DNA of 63,765 nucleotides, filler included, from Sluysia triapertura (GCA_046118255.1; 5 parts of 5 records of this genome joined end to end with filler, not necessarily neighbours in it), one strand, 5' to 3'; positions 1 to 13,811 are shown, counted from the whole stretch's first letter. Notes: generated by a model from the sequence alone, not told the origin. Numbers and translations: made by a program.

Positions 1-1806
1 TTACCCTTTGTAAAATTTTATTTTTAATTATTATTTGTAATATTAATACACTTTACTAGCTTAATTGCCTTTTTAAATTTGATGAAAGTTTAATTTGACG
101 AATCACCCTAAATTATATAGTTACAAAATAATAAATTACCCAGTATATAAAAGTTTTCTCTGAATTTCATTCGGATACGTAATATTTACATTAAATACAA
201 ATCCTTTTCATAGGATTTATTGCAAACTTATAACTAATATTCATAAAAAATTTAGTGTCCAATTATTTTGTAATAAGATAAATTAAGCCATAACGTGCAA
301 ATAAAATTTAAACTTCCATATAAAGCTTTTTTCATTTAAAACCTAAAGGCTAGCCCTAATCGGTAAATCTAGTACGTTGGTGGACTCACCATAAGAAAAT
401 CTTTTATTCTGTTCTCATCTTAAGAAAAACCCTTGACTCGTACGATACATATTTATTGACTCATTATTATTTTCTTCATTTATATTGGGCATTACAATCG
501 AGGTAATGTTAGACATCGACGATATAGGTTTGACTAAGGAAATTTTAGGAAAATTAGTAAATCCCAATAGTGACTAATCAACATTGCTAATAGTGGTATT
601 AGTAATTGTTTGATTACCATGATAATCTGGAATTTGATTTGAAGTTAAAGAATTTATGTTATCATCATCAAGTAATTTTAAAACAAATTATGTAAATGTA
701 GACGAATTTTGAAAATAATTAGAATTTGTCTGAAATGTGGAATTTTTGATAATTGCTTGATTATCTTGCGCCGATGCTGAATGAATTTTTTGATAATCAA
801 CGTGCGGATCAAGATCAGTTAACTTTGAATTTTGATAAATTACTTCATTTATAACATTTACAAATTGTTATAAAAATTTGTATAATTATCTACATTTCTT
901 AGTGATTTTCTTGTTTATATGAATTTATATCTTTAACTAGCATTTTTCTTTCATTTGTGGTGTCTGTTTTGAGATGAATAATTGGATCTATTTGTATCTG
1001 AATAAATCTAGTGTACCATCATTAGTCCCACTAATGTAATTCGATAAATCACAATAGTTTTGTTGTAGTAAAATATTTTTTTCGATTTTGAACTTTTGTT
1101 TATTGAAAATGATGTCAATTGTAGTGTTCAACTCATTCACCAACCTCTAACAAACGCAATCACAAATATTCAGTACACAGTACACCTTCGCCACATCTTG
1201 CACACATAACAACACCCAAAATATAACACATTTCAAACATATTACACTAATATATTCCTCAACTTAAATAGAATATAATACACTCAAATTACAATAATTT
1301 ATCGTATAACTTTACTTTTAATCCGCCGATATCGCCTCTTCCAACTGTATCAACATTGCGTGAATTTTCACACCCTTCCTTTTTATTATTATTATTATTA
1401 TTGTTATTGTTATTGTTGTTGTTGTTGTTATAAAAGTTTTAATACTTAACTTAATCGTTTCTATATTTTATTTTTGCATAGAACTAAACTGGTAATTTTA
1501 AATTAATATCTTAGAGTCAAATAAATTATAACATTTCAATTTTCAACATTGGAATTAAATAAAATTAAAGTTAATTTGCCTTGTACGATGTTTCCTGTTT
1601 TTGTTTTTACATATTCTGTATCTTTATAATTGTTCTTCGACATAGACTGTAACAAAATGAGTATTTTAATTAACAGACTTTAAGGTAATAGAATAAATAG
1701 AAAATATTAATAGAATTAATTGAAAATATTTATTTTATTGATTTCTGGTCTTTTATTACAAGATTTGTAATGTATAATATTAATTAACATGCTAATAAAT
1801 TACTAA

Positions 1807-1886
1807 TTAACACATTATGAGCGAGTATTCTTAAGTGACAGTACATAAAACGGGTACTAATACCCGCCCCGCTCATAATGTGTTAA
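1807..1886. mobile_element. 72-bp piggyBac-type MITE (copy 1) with TTAA target duplications
   Basis: TTAA(1807-1810)-CACATTATGAGCG...CGCTCATAATGTG-TTAA(1883-1886): 13-bp perfect TIR; near-identical copy at 53782-53861. Confidence 0.8.
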
Positions 1887-2424
1887 TTTGAAAATTAAAT
1901 CACAATGGTGTCAGGAGAAAAGCACTTTCAAAAGCACCACGCATTTCCTTTCTAATTACGCTTCATCTTACATCCAATTCAAACAGGGAACAGGCGATAC
2001 TCCCGGAGATAAAGTAATTTTTTATGTAATCTTCAATAATATTTTTGATATTATTTTTAAAATTTTTTATTTTTAAAATAACAAATAATCAAATCTTTAT
2101 CCAATTTAGCACGTCACAATCAACAATGACGCCCCCAATCACTAATTTATATCATGAATTAAATCAAACCCATAAATTTCGTATTTTTAATAATGATTTA
2201 TACGGTTGCACTCATTATAAGTCGTTCTGGGTCCCAATAAACCAAATATTTCTACAAAAACGCTGCTTAATTTAAATAAATTCGGTTTAAACCCGATTGA
2301 AGCTCGAATTTTATATTTAAACTTCAATAAAATTAATAACCTAACTCGTCATTTCGTAACTGAAAACAGATTAAACTTAAGTGCTCACGGCTTTAATTCA
2401 AATTTCAACCAAATTAGAAATGAT

Positions 2425-4660
2425 TTGAACACAAATTCTAAATTTGCTAATATGGACTTAGTAAAATCCTATGCAGGACAAAATTTTAATGTCAATCCCA
2501 TTAATCCATTTGCATTGAATTCTCTGGGTATTATGAATTATTACAAGAACTTACATATTCAAGTGAATAATGAGCAATCTAAAAATAATTTTAACCAAAT
2601 CAGACACATTCTTACCATAAATTTTAAACCTCTTAATTCATTTTCAAAAAAATACCCACTTAATAGACCAAATTGTTTAAATGACAACTCAACACAATAT
2701 AATTTACAACATCTTATATCCACAACGATTCTCACACACTCAACAATTACCCATTTTATTAACAACTACACATACTTCACCTTTACATCCTTACAGACCA
2801 AACACTTAATCACTTCAACCTTCATACCACATCATCGTGTCACGATCAATAACATTAACAATCACAATCATACATTAACCAAAACTATAAACAAACATAA
2901 ATCATACTCACGTACAACAGAAGACTCATGTCCAATAGATACAACGCACCGACTTCACGTCACATTCACCTCATCAAAATCGTCACTCAAACACTTATAT
3001 GCAAAGCAAAATTTCCTCCCACAACCGCAAGTGGAATTACAAAAATAATGACAAGATTATAACTTACGGCTTTACTGTAACCAACATAAACTTACCCATT
3101 TACACTTCTTCACGCCACTCTTTAAAGAACATCAATAAACAAAAACGCACAAACATCATACCAACTAACAACTCTGTAGCTTCACCATTAATATGCTCAT
3201 TGTCCACGCCAATCATACTTGATAAGCCAAATTTTAAATTAATTCCTAAACAACCCAATAACATCAATACCAAAAACGATACGGCTAAACATCTTAAGCA
3301 AAATACCACTAAACCAAAACATGTTCAATGGGCACTTCATACTAACAAAATTCACACAATTCCATCCGATACAAAACCACATAAGACAAGGAACATTGGC
3401 AAGTGCACTGTCAAGGACACTACGGACCGAAGTCATTTATTGAACCTAATTAATCAATTTAATAAGGACTTAGAACAAATACGCTCTGATATAACACAAT
3501 ACTACACGAGTATTAATTTACCATCAAATCAACTCCTACATAACAACATTATATCAAACATACAACTCCATCAGAACAAATCAAACATACTTCACCACAA
3601 AAATGAACCACAACGCCAAAGAAACACTACAAAAACTTTGTCCATCATCAAACATCTAATATAAACTCAACACATAAATCCTTCTGCACAAGTCAAAAAC
3701 ATTTAACTACACATAATATTGATACCAACAATACCAAATACAAACAAATGCCCGATACAGATCACACGCGGATCCCCTTCACACGTACAACTCAGCAATC
3801 ACAAATCATTCCATCACCTAGATCACAAGATCACCACTAAAAACCATCATCACATATCCAACGAGGGTAATGAAATTATTAGTTACGGCTTCGCCGTCGC
3901 CACGCGTACCGTAAAAAATCACTCCACTAATAAATTGACGCTCCGCCAAGGGAACGACAGGATCCTTTCTCAAACAAAATCATTATACAAACCCTTTCCC
4001 CACTGCGTTTGGGCGCCAACGAGATACCTATCCAACCCAGGTATGTCTTACGCCCCGGTTTGTAAGAAGAACATTGTAAATAGACCCCAATTCAATTTAC
4101 TAACAACTTCAAACAAACCTGCATCAGAACACAATCAAACTTACCCAGACAATCACGACAATAGACCAAAACAACATTCCAAGTCAGTGAGACAAACCTC
4201 CAAAAATCACAAACGCTGACACCCGGAAACTTCAATAAAATCAATACAATATCAACAACAAATCAAGACCCTTGCCACAATCATCAGTGATTTCGAATAC
4301 AGCGACTGCAACGACGCTGTAGTTATTAAGATAAAATGCGTCTCTTGCTCCCTCAATATTATTAGGAATCTGTCCTAGGCCCCAGGTTAATACGCTGTAC
4401 GACGTCACTAACCACAAAGATGTTTGGTTCTCATATAAGACCAAACCACTTCGGGAGAACTTATCCCTATGCGATTATAGTATTTTTGACGGGGCGGTTC
4501 CGATGTTGATGCTGAAGACCCACTGGCCGATAATAAGACACACCCTTCTTCACAGATGAAAACGGGTCCCCAAATACTTGGTTTTTGGTGGTCGAGTCAC
4601 ACTTCAAAAGGAATCTAGTGCAAAGACAGACCACCAAATTCCATCAATTATTACCGCTCC
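2425..4660 (+). other. A/C-skewed region with three staggered low-complexity ORFs (T/N/H/K-rich), probably a decayed repeat
   Basis: ORFs 2425-3048, 2999-3664, 3719-4219 on the same strand; similar peptides NNDKIITYGFTVT and GNEIISYGFAVAT; no recognised domain. Confidence 0.3.
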
Positions 4661-5614
4661 TAACTAAATTAAGCAATAAAATTCAGACCTGCCTACAATT
4701 AATTAGTTTGTTTGAATAACGTTTATAATTTTACAGTTAAGTATTTCAAAAAAAATAAAAAATACATTTAATTTGACCAAATTTTCGCCCTCAACACATC
4801 AACATCACTAGAACCGACTTTTTGTTCAAAAGTGAAATTTTTATGTAGAAATATTGCTATTTCTTCAAAATGTATTGATACATGTAAAGACAGTGCTATT
4901 GTCATAACTAAATCTGTTTCAAGTAATTTCAGCATCAACATCAACAATTACGACTACAATGCCATTAAAATACTCTACACTTTCAGTAATAGACAAAACT
5001 ACAGAACCACCATCATCATCATTACTGTTATCGTTAAAATTAGTGCAGAAACTGGTTCATCTAAACCAAGTACAACATCAGATGAAACAAATCTTACACC
5101 CTTCTCTATTAAATATCAAAATATAAATAAATTAAAAAATCAATATTGAAAAATAATTTATTTGGGTTAAATGCCCCATATCTACATTTATGTCTAAGCT
5201 GAAGAAAGTTATTGATAAAAAATTAATAACTCTAAACACAATACAAAATACATACCGATAATTGCAATATACATACTTTTCATATAATAGATTTTAATAA
5301 TTGTAAAATGTGGCAATTCTCAATTTTTTATGTAACGTCTCAACAAAAGGATTTTTGAAATACTATGGCGCACATAAAATCTTAAGAAATACCCCGTCAA
5401 ACTTAATTTAATTCCTGCACAAAACAAAATATTTCTTGAACCAAATATATTTTCGGTTTTAATTACATAAATTGTTTCAATAAAATTTTAGCTTTAAAAC
5501 TCATAGAGAAGACAATTTGCAAAACATTATTTAATCAATGAAAAATATTGTTTTGTTTTTAAACATAAATTTAATTAATTTAAATAACACAAAATTTGAT
5601 TTATATTAATAGCA

Positions 5615-6556
5615 CTATAATACCAATACATCATTTTCATTATATATATTATACAAAGGTGTATTTTCATTTACAACAATATCCAAGTCAGCATTTCCAT
5701 AATAATATGAATCCTTACTGATATTTCGAATAACAGTATTCAACAAATGTGCTCTATCTACAAGTGCACTTGAATCATCATTATTAATATGAGTAATATG
5801 AACATGCAAATGATAAAACGTAGGCGGATAATGTAAAAAGAATCGCAGTTGTGACGGAGATACATTGAATTTTTGTGAAATTACTTTCTTGCCATTTTCT
5901 TCAATAGATTTTAATAAGCTTACATGATTTTTATTTAAATCTCGAAGAGATCGCAATTGTTTGTTATATATTATAGCTAAACAATGTAAAGAATCCAAGG
6001 ATGATTTATCCCATTTATAATCAAGTACAATGACATAATTACTGTTAATATCATTCTTACTTTCCCGGAAAATTGTTCGATCGGCTTCAGCATTACCTGC
6101 TATTAAATTATTTACCCAGGTAGTTGAAAATTCATTGCTTTCTATAAACGGTTTAGTTATACTGTTATAAATATGCGGAGTTTCAACTAAAAAATGCAAT
6201 TTAGGTTTCATATATTTATCAATATGGCATTGTAAGGCTGGATAGATTGAGGTAACTTTCATTTTGTTTAACGGATCTGTTTCATTTAGTTGAGTTGTAC
6301 TATAAATATCATTTTCTAATAAATTTCTAAACTGATTTATATGTTTATCAATAATTTCTTGAACCTTTACAACATCATTTGGAAACTCACTTTTCGAAAT
6401 TACAACAATTCCACATTTCTCTCGATCACCAAAATTTCCTCTTAAAACAATTAGTTTATCTCTCGGTTTATTATTTAGTATTTCATCAACTTTAAATTCG
6501 GTAATATTATTAACCTTTTTCTGCTTAATTGGAACTTCCTCACTTGAATTGTTCAT
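5615..6556 (-). CDS. DCPS: m7GpppX diphosphatase (scavenger decapping enzyme DcpS), 313 aa, intronless
   Basis: HIT motif HYPPTFYHLHVH plus ENDIY, IYPA, WVNNLI, DYKWD, LRSLRDL and RAHLLNTVI segments typical of DcpS. Confidence 0.95.
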   Translation of the reverse strand: MNNSSEEVPIKQKKVNNITEFKVDEILNNKPRDKLIVLRGNFGDREKCGIVVISKSEFPNDVVKVQEIIDKHINQFRNLLENDIYSTTQLNETDPLNKMKVTSIYPALQCHIDKYMKPKLHFLVETPHIYNSITKPFIESNEFSTTWVNNLIAGNAEADRTIFRESKNDINSNYVIVLDYKWDKSSLDSLHCLAIIYNKQLRSLRDLNKNHVSLLKSIEENGKKVISQKFNVSPSQLRFFLHYPPTFYHLHVHITHINNDDSSALVDRAHLLNTVIRNISKDSYYYGNADLDIVVNENTPLYNIYNENDVLVL

Positions 6557-6803
6557 ATTTAAAATGGAGATATGAAATATCTGATAATCTAATAATTGCA
6601 GATTTAACTAAACCTAAAGGTGTATTTAAATTTTCAACAGCCAATGAATCAAACTCAATAGTTGAGCTTACAAATTTTGCAGAAGTTTTATATTTATTGA
6701 TAAATTCTATATCTACAGTATTATTCTTAAGATTAAGCAAAGTACGTAAAAAACGTTCTCGTAGTAGAGTTAGTTCTTGTTGTTGATCAATTGTAACACT
6801 CAT
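6540..6803 (-). CDS. GEMIN7: Gemin7 (Sm-fold SMN-complex subunit), 87 aa
   Basis: LRERFLRTLL and LNTPLGLVKSAIIRLSDI match recalled Gemin7 motifs LRERYLRSLL and LQTPIGVQAEALLRCSDI. Confidence 0.85.
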   Translation of the reverse strand: MSVTIDQQQELTLLRERFLRTLLNLKNNTVDIEFINKYKTSAKFVSSTIEFDSLAVENLNTPLGLVKSAIIRLSDISYLHFKYEQFK

Positions 6804-7339
6804 AAACTAATAACCTAAATATATAAAAAATTTTTATATATAACACAAAATGTACTACATTCAATATATGCATTATAAGTTAAATTATAGAAATAAAAAG
6901 TAAAATTTAATGTCTAATGTGCACAATTATTTAAACAAAAACAATTTCAAAATGAGAAAATTTTTATACATTATTAATAAACTTATTTTGGAAATAAATT
7001 GTATTATATAAAATTTATTTTTAATTTTTATACATAACTTGTTTGTGCTGTTTACATTTGCGAAAGCTTACAGAATGTACTTATGTACTTACATCCTTCT
7101 GAAGACGATTATTCTTTTTACTGTTTTTTTCCTTTATGATCTGCTAAATATATCTGATAATGTACGTTTAATCTATTTAATTTTGTCTTTGAGTTTTGTG
7201 GTTAGTTCTACTCCAAACGTAACTTATTTCAGGAACACAATTCGTCGTAAATTTTTAGTTTAATTCCTCAATAATAGTTAATTTATTTTACAATATAAGG
7301 TTATAGTATAAATTGAATAAGTGTTAATAGAATAAGTGT

Positions 7340-7870
7340 ATGCGTGCAATTGACAAACTTTTTCTTAAGTTTGTGAAAAAAAATACAACAATATTAACTA
7401 AATACAATAATCATAAAAATGTTTTTCATTTCATTACACTTCATTTTTTAATGGGAAATGTTAAGATTGTCATTCAAAACAAACCATTTCGTAGACATTC
7501 CAACCTCATTTTCGGATACTCCTATTTCATAGCAAACACTTCATATCCAACTCATTATCTCTCCATCATTCTAAATATGAAAAATTCTGCATTTTTAATT
7601 AAAAATTAATTAAAATTCGACTTTGTTGAATATGGAAGTTTTTCTCGCATGAAATCGGTCAAACATTATCTTCGTCGGAAGATCTCTTTAAAACACATAC
7701 ATACATAGTTACAATTTTAACACAGCATTCCTCATTCAAAACTTCTCAATGAAGTTAATTAAGATTTTAATTAATTAATTATTTTAACTTATTTTATTCT
7801 AAGTTTAAAGGTTTTATTATGGTTATAAACTTGTTAAATACTTTATAGGGTACTCAGGAGGCTCTGATTC
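7340..7870. repeat. Dispersed repeat family A, diverged copy
   Basis: aattaaaattcgactttgttgaatat...cggtcaaaca (about 7608-7665) and aagttaattaagattttaatt (about 7752) align to about 32165-32390 and 63683-63765. Confidence 0.65.
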
Positions 7871-8389
7871 CTTCACAATTCTGATTCCTTTTTCTACTTT
7901 CTATTTCATTTATTAATATATTAAATTTATCTTTAATGTTATTAACCATGATTTTATTCTTGAACATTTTACAAAGTTACTCAAAAGTTTATTAAGGTCT
8001 TAAACGTCTTCAAAGATTCCAAAAGATTAACAAGGTCTCAAATTACCCCTGTAGATATTGGTATTTTAATTTTATTATTTGTTGCGTCACTTCTGGTTTC
8101 TTTGGATTTATTGTTGTGGTCGTAATATTGGCATAAATTTGACAGAGCCAAACATAATGTTTCAATTGTGTTGGGAAATTATTTTTTGATTTGACATCAA
8201 CAATTTGTGGATCATAAGACGAAATTCTAGACTTCTTTTCAACTTCACCATAACATATTGCTGGATAAATTTATATTTGTCTAAAAATCTTTTTATTTTT
8301 CTTCTTTCTTTTATTGCTTGATTTTGGTGATATAATTCGTAAAACTTTTTCAATGTGTTCACCTAATTTATAACTGATAATTTTATCTG

Positions 8390-8760
8390 CCCTGTCTTTA
8401 CAAAATGTTGAATAGAATAAAATATTTCTTTAATTTGATTAGTGTGATCAAGCATCATTAAAATTCGACCAGGAGTTGCTACTATAATGTGAACATCAGA
8501 AATACTAAGTTCTGCTAATTGATCTCCAGTCTTACGCATTCTTTTCAGATTCAATCTTTCATTCATTTTTATTAATTCACCATACCCTTGTATTACTAAT
8601 TCAATTGTGGGAATCAAAATCATTACATACATTAATGGTCGATCGTTAACTAAACATTGTTGAATAATTGGAATATCGTAGGGAGAAGTTTTTCCACTGC
8701 CGATTTCAGATAAACCAATAACATCTTTACGTTTCAGTAATAATGGTTAGCATGTTGTTG
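8390..8760 (-). pseudogene. DEAD-box RNA helicase N-terminal fragment (possibly DDX47/DDX49-like)
   Basis: Manual translation: KDVIGLSEIGSGKT (motif I), LIPTIELVIQ (Ia), VATPGRI (Ib); in-frame stop upstream; homology breaks just before the DEAD motif. Confidence 0.8.
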
Positions 8761-10739
8761 AGCCGGCTTTACTTTAATAGATTTGTCAACTGGCGAAGAC
8801 TAGAATAATTAAATTAGTCGATAATAAAAATGAAAAAGGTACTAATAATGGTAATGATAGTAAAATGTTGATTGTAATAATTTTTTGATGATTATAATAG
8901 ATGAATTGATAGTAAATAATAATAATAACAAATTATGAAAAACATAAATCTCTTATTTACTCTTTACACGAGCTTTCTATTAATATTTTACTTTCTTACC
9001 ATATAAATAAATAAATTTATATAAAGTGAAATTTGCGGGGTGTTGGAAGATTTAGAACTTGAACTATTTTTGTGTAAATTTTGAAATATATTTGAAGAGC
9101 TGAATTGTAAATTGTGATTCTAATGTTGTGAGTTAAAGAATATTAAAATGCAGATGTGAAGAGGTAAAGAAAATTTTATTTATTCCCTGCAATCGTAGAC
9201 TTACACACTTAAGGTCTAAGTTGCAGACAGTATCTTAGAAGAAATTATGGAGGTGCTCAAACAGATTCCTTTTAGCAGAACTTAACAATGTGAAAACTTA
9301 ATAATGCAGAAGTCTATATGCTTGTGTTAATTCTTTAAAACTTAATAAATTTTTTCTTGTCGGTTATTTAATTATCTGAAGTTTAAAAATTAACAAAAAC
9401 TTCAAAAGGATTTTACCGGTAGTTTTCGACCGTGTAAAAACGGCGTACCTTAATTTCGTTTATCTGACGTTTTGGTATTTTAATGTAAAAAGTTACTTCC
9501 GAATAAAATCGGGAACCTTAAAAATTATTGAATAAAATCACAATTCGTATGAGAAGGTTTATTAATGAAATATACAAAAAATACACAATATAACAAGATA
9601 TAAATAAAATTTTACCAGATTATGTTATAATCGATATATTTTAATGATTTCCTCCTTAAAAGGGGTATTTTAAAAGAAAAGTGTATTAAACAATAAATTT
9701 TAAAAATAATTAAAATTGTAACAACTTACAATAAAAACTAACGTATTCAATAAATAATATATCTGAAAATAATTTTCTTCGGTAAATATTTCCGTAAAAT
9801 TATCCACGAAATTATCCGTAAATTCTCTTTAATATTCTTGATGCAAGTGAGAAAATCAGCCTTCTTTGTAGAAACTTATTTCTAACTAAGTTGATCGTGT
9901 TGATTAAGAATTGTGTGTTTTTAAAGTTTATGTCTTTTTATACAAAATTAGTCACCTTGACCTACCTTTTAAAATTTAGTATATTTAAATAAATAGTTTT
10001 GAATGATAAAAATAATAACAATAATACCAAATAAAAAATTTAAATATTTTTACAACTAAAATTTAATATTTTTTACAATTAAAACATTCTAACAAAATTA
10101 TTTGTTTATTTTTAGATTTATCGATTTATTTATTTTTAGATAATTAAATTTGTTTTTAGATAATTAACTACACATAATTACATATTATACAAAATATACA
10201 CATATCTTTATGATATACAAAATTTAACTACACATAGTAATTATTATTAGTACAGATAAATCAATCTCTGATCTTTGATCTTTATACATTGACAAGAATT
10301 AAAATGTTTAAAATGAATTTTAAATGTATATTGATGGTTTCAGATGTAATTTATGGTTTGAAATGGTGAAAAGTTGGGAATTTAGCTGGTTTGAAAAAAA
10401 CTTTAAATTGTAGTTTGATGGTTTTAAATGTAATTGTGATTCTGATGTTACGAATTATAGGTTAAAATGTTATGGAATATGATGTTATGTGAAGCGTGTT
10501 TAATTATTTTTGTACTATTATGAATTAATTTTTTTAGTAAATCTATGATGATTTTCGGTACTGAATGTAAATTGATGTTATGGATTTTTAAATTAAAATC
10601 TAAGGTATTGGATTGGTTACCATAAACTTATATCAAAATAATCTTCCTTTAATAAAATCAAAAATAAATTAAAATAAAACCAATTAATTACCCTATTTTA
10701 ATTTCAAAATAATAAAATAACAAAATTAAAAACAAACAA

Positions 10740-10936
10740 GAACATTATCCTACGCATGGATCTTTACAGGATAATTGCATAATTGTGTCATTGTTATTAT
10801 TGCATTTTAAAAATTTAGAAATCTTTATTTTATACTCTCTCATCATTCAATCAATTCCCAGTCTCACAACCAAACATTCTCTCACACAAATCATCCAAAC
10901 CTCTTTGAGAATCAGACCGACAATAACAACTTTGAC
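10740..10936. repeat. Dispersed repeat family A copy, cut by contig end
   Basis: Strong identity to 63131-63306 (tacgcatggatctt...ccgacaataacaactttg). Confidence 0.85.
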
Positions 10937-11036
10937 NNNNNNNNNNNNNNNNNNNNNNNNNNNNNNNNNNNNNNNNNNNNTTAATTAATTAANNNNNNNN
11001 NNNNNNNNNNNNNNNNNNNNNNNNNNNNNNNNNNNN
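10937..11036. other. Artificial contig spacer N44-TTAATTAATTAA-N44
   Basis: Identical 100-nt spacer occurs four times; the 12-mer gives stops in all six frames. Confidence 0.97.
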
Positions 11037-11809
11037 TATATATAATTTTCAAAGTGATTTAGATAAATGTTTACAATAAAGATCTGGAAAAATTACTAGA
11101 AAACATGTGATTAATCATTATTCGGTGTTTAGTCAGTATTGATTGGACGACTTAATAGTATTATGAGATTATTTTCAAAAAGTTGATTGATGTATTGCCT
11201 TGTAAAACTGATGCATGCGATGACAGTGAACCCCGCTGATCTGATATTAGAATTGTTAAAGTTGACGTGAGTGGAAAGGTATTTCTAAAATATTACGTTT
11301 TTACAAAACAAAATATAAGTACATTTATTAATTAAATTAATTAAAATTATTTGAAAATCATTCTTACTCAATGTGCTTATATAATGAAATAAAGTGAAGT
11401 TTATCAGTGTTACGAAAACCGATTTAATAAGAAGCACATCGACGTAGATAACGTAAAATAACGAATTGTGTTCTTTATAAAGTTAAATTATTACATGTGA
11501 TAATAAATAAAAATATATATATATCAAATTAATGTTCATTAAGAGACTTTTTACATACCTTATTGAAACTGAGGTGTCGTTCATTGTATTTCAGCTAATT
11601 TATATTCAATTTAAGTTGATGTATTGTAGTATCAATAAGTATTATTATAGACACTACGTTAAATTTTGATCTTATTCTGAATATATAAGAGTTTCTTTGC
11701 CACAAAGCTCATTATCTTTTGATTATTGCTCGATAATATTTATTATTTATTTATTATTTACAAACTTCAAATAAATTTATAAATTTTAATTTCAATTTTT
11801 TAATTATTT

Positions 11810-12262
11810 AATAATAATAATCATAATAATAATAATAATAATAATCATCATCATCATCATAATCATAATAATGATTACATATTAATTTATATTGCGCTCA
11901 TATCTATAACAAAGTACTCAAAAGCGCTTAAAATAAATCATTCACCATAATATTTCTGAAACAGAAACAACTTTGCTTTTTTCTTAAATATTTCATAATC
12001 TTTCAGTAATTTGACACATTCTCTGGTAGTACTGGTTGTATATTTTTGAGACATAAGCGGTATACAACTTATCACCTAGCTTCTTATTACTGTATAGATT
12101 CTGTATAGATTATTATTGTATCAATGAAATATTCATCTTGGTTTCCAATTTTCGTATTATTTCTAAAAGATAGCCAGGACTTCCGTAATGTAAGCATTTG
12201 TAAATTATTGTCATGATTTTGAATTCTATTCTTGCTTTTATTGGCAACCAATGTATTACGAA
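11810..12262 (-). mobile_element. L2/CR1-group LINE 3-prime end with (ATT)n-like tail
   Basis: HWLPIKARIEFKIMTIIYKCLH is a typical post-RT motif; shares terminal tgagcgcaatataaat with 35215-35240; microsatellite tail 11810-11875; a further fragment lies near 12805-12850. Confidence 0.8.
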
Positions 12263-13811
12263 AATATAACGTTTTCTATGTTCCTGGTGATGCGTAACAA
12301 AATGCGGATATTTAAAATTTACGAAAATTATTTTAAAATTAAATCTTGTGTTAAATACAATGAAACACAACAATATATTTAATTGTTTTTAAAATACAAC
12401 TGAAGCACAATGAATGTTTCAGAAAAACTAAACAAATTAATACAACAAAATTTTGGTATCGTAAAACAGAAGCAAACAATTTTGATGTTGCTTGAAATTG
12501 CAGCAAAATTATGAAACATCTCACTAAACTTAAAATGAATCTAAAAAATCGTAGTAATCTCAAAATAAGCAATTTATAATATCTTTCTTAAATAAAAATA
12601 AAATAAGTACGAAAGATCAGAAATAAAATAAGATACACAAATAAGTGAATTGTAATATGACTAAACAAATATATGAAATTGGACATATTATTACGATAAT
12701 ACGTATATAATCCAGGATGACTACTTTATAGTTTAAAATTGAGATTCAATTTCTTATTTCGATTATCCACTTAAAATAGAAAGAACTGCATTTTTTTCTT
12801 AAGTATTCTCTGGTAGCTGGTTGTATATTTTTAAAACTGAAACGGTATATAACCTAGTGAAAATCGTATAAATGATTTTAATAGTATTACCAACTTTTTT
12901 CTACTCTCTGATTTCTTTTATTTTCTCCTTAAATTAACCTACCAGACCTAACTAGACTGTGTAGCAGGCGAAATAAGTTATACTACTTTTCAAATGGTAT
13001 AAATACTCGCTCCATGAAGCTCATAAGGTCTTAACTAAAGAAAGAAATTGATCATGCAAAAAAATAAACTGTAGAATAGAATATAGTTAAAAACATAATC
13101 GCTTATAATGTAATCACAGTGAAATATAATAAGAAAAAATCGACGAATTATACTTTATTTATTGGAAACATTTTCAATATTTTTTCAACTTTTTTTGGAC
13201 AAAAAAACGTAAATCTTTTAATGTCTAATCGAACATTAGTATCAACAAAGGACATCGAACGTTTTAAAAATAACAAACTGGAAAAAATTTAGCGGCTACA
13301 AAGATCTTTTTGAACAATTTAAAAAAGACAAAAACGTATAGATTTGAAAATACAATGGACATTCTACTTAAATAAACTTATTAAAAATTAAAAATAAGTA
13401 TGAAATCAAAACAACTTTTTTACTTTGTCGAAAATTTTCTCTCAACCACCAGTAAAAGCAACTTACGATGAAACTATAACAATGTTAAAAACAATTTTAT
13501 TCTTGAAAACCTAAGAAAAACATTATTATATGAAACATATAAGCACTTTACATAAAAAATACCAAATTACCAATAAAAGCAATTAATTTAAAAAAAATCA
13601 AAGTAAAAATAGAATGGATTACTTATTATATTGTTACATTAAATGTTAACATTGCAGATATAATTAAAATAACTAAATTTATTTGCAAATAGATGTTAAT
13701 TATTCACCTAAGCAAAGTTTAATACATATTATAACTTAAAATTCTACAAAAAAAACTGTATTTTTAATAATTCAAAAAACACTAAACTTAACATCAAAAA
13801 ATAGTTTTTAC

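Noticed and set aside
6540-6803. LSm10 or a generic Sm protein
   Set aside because: LRERFLR and TPLG...AIIRLSDI fit Gemin7 specifically.
10937-11036. TTAATTAATTAA palindrome as a biological site (also 24399, 39510, 52519)
   Set aside because: Always embedded in identical N44 flanks: an artificial six-frame-stop linker.
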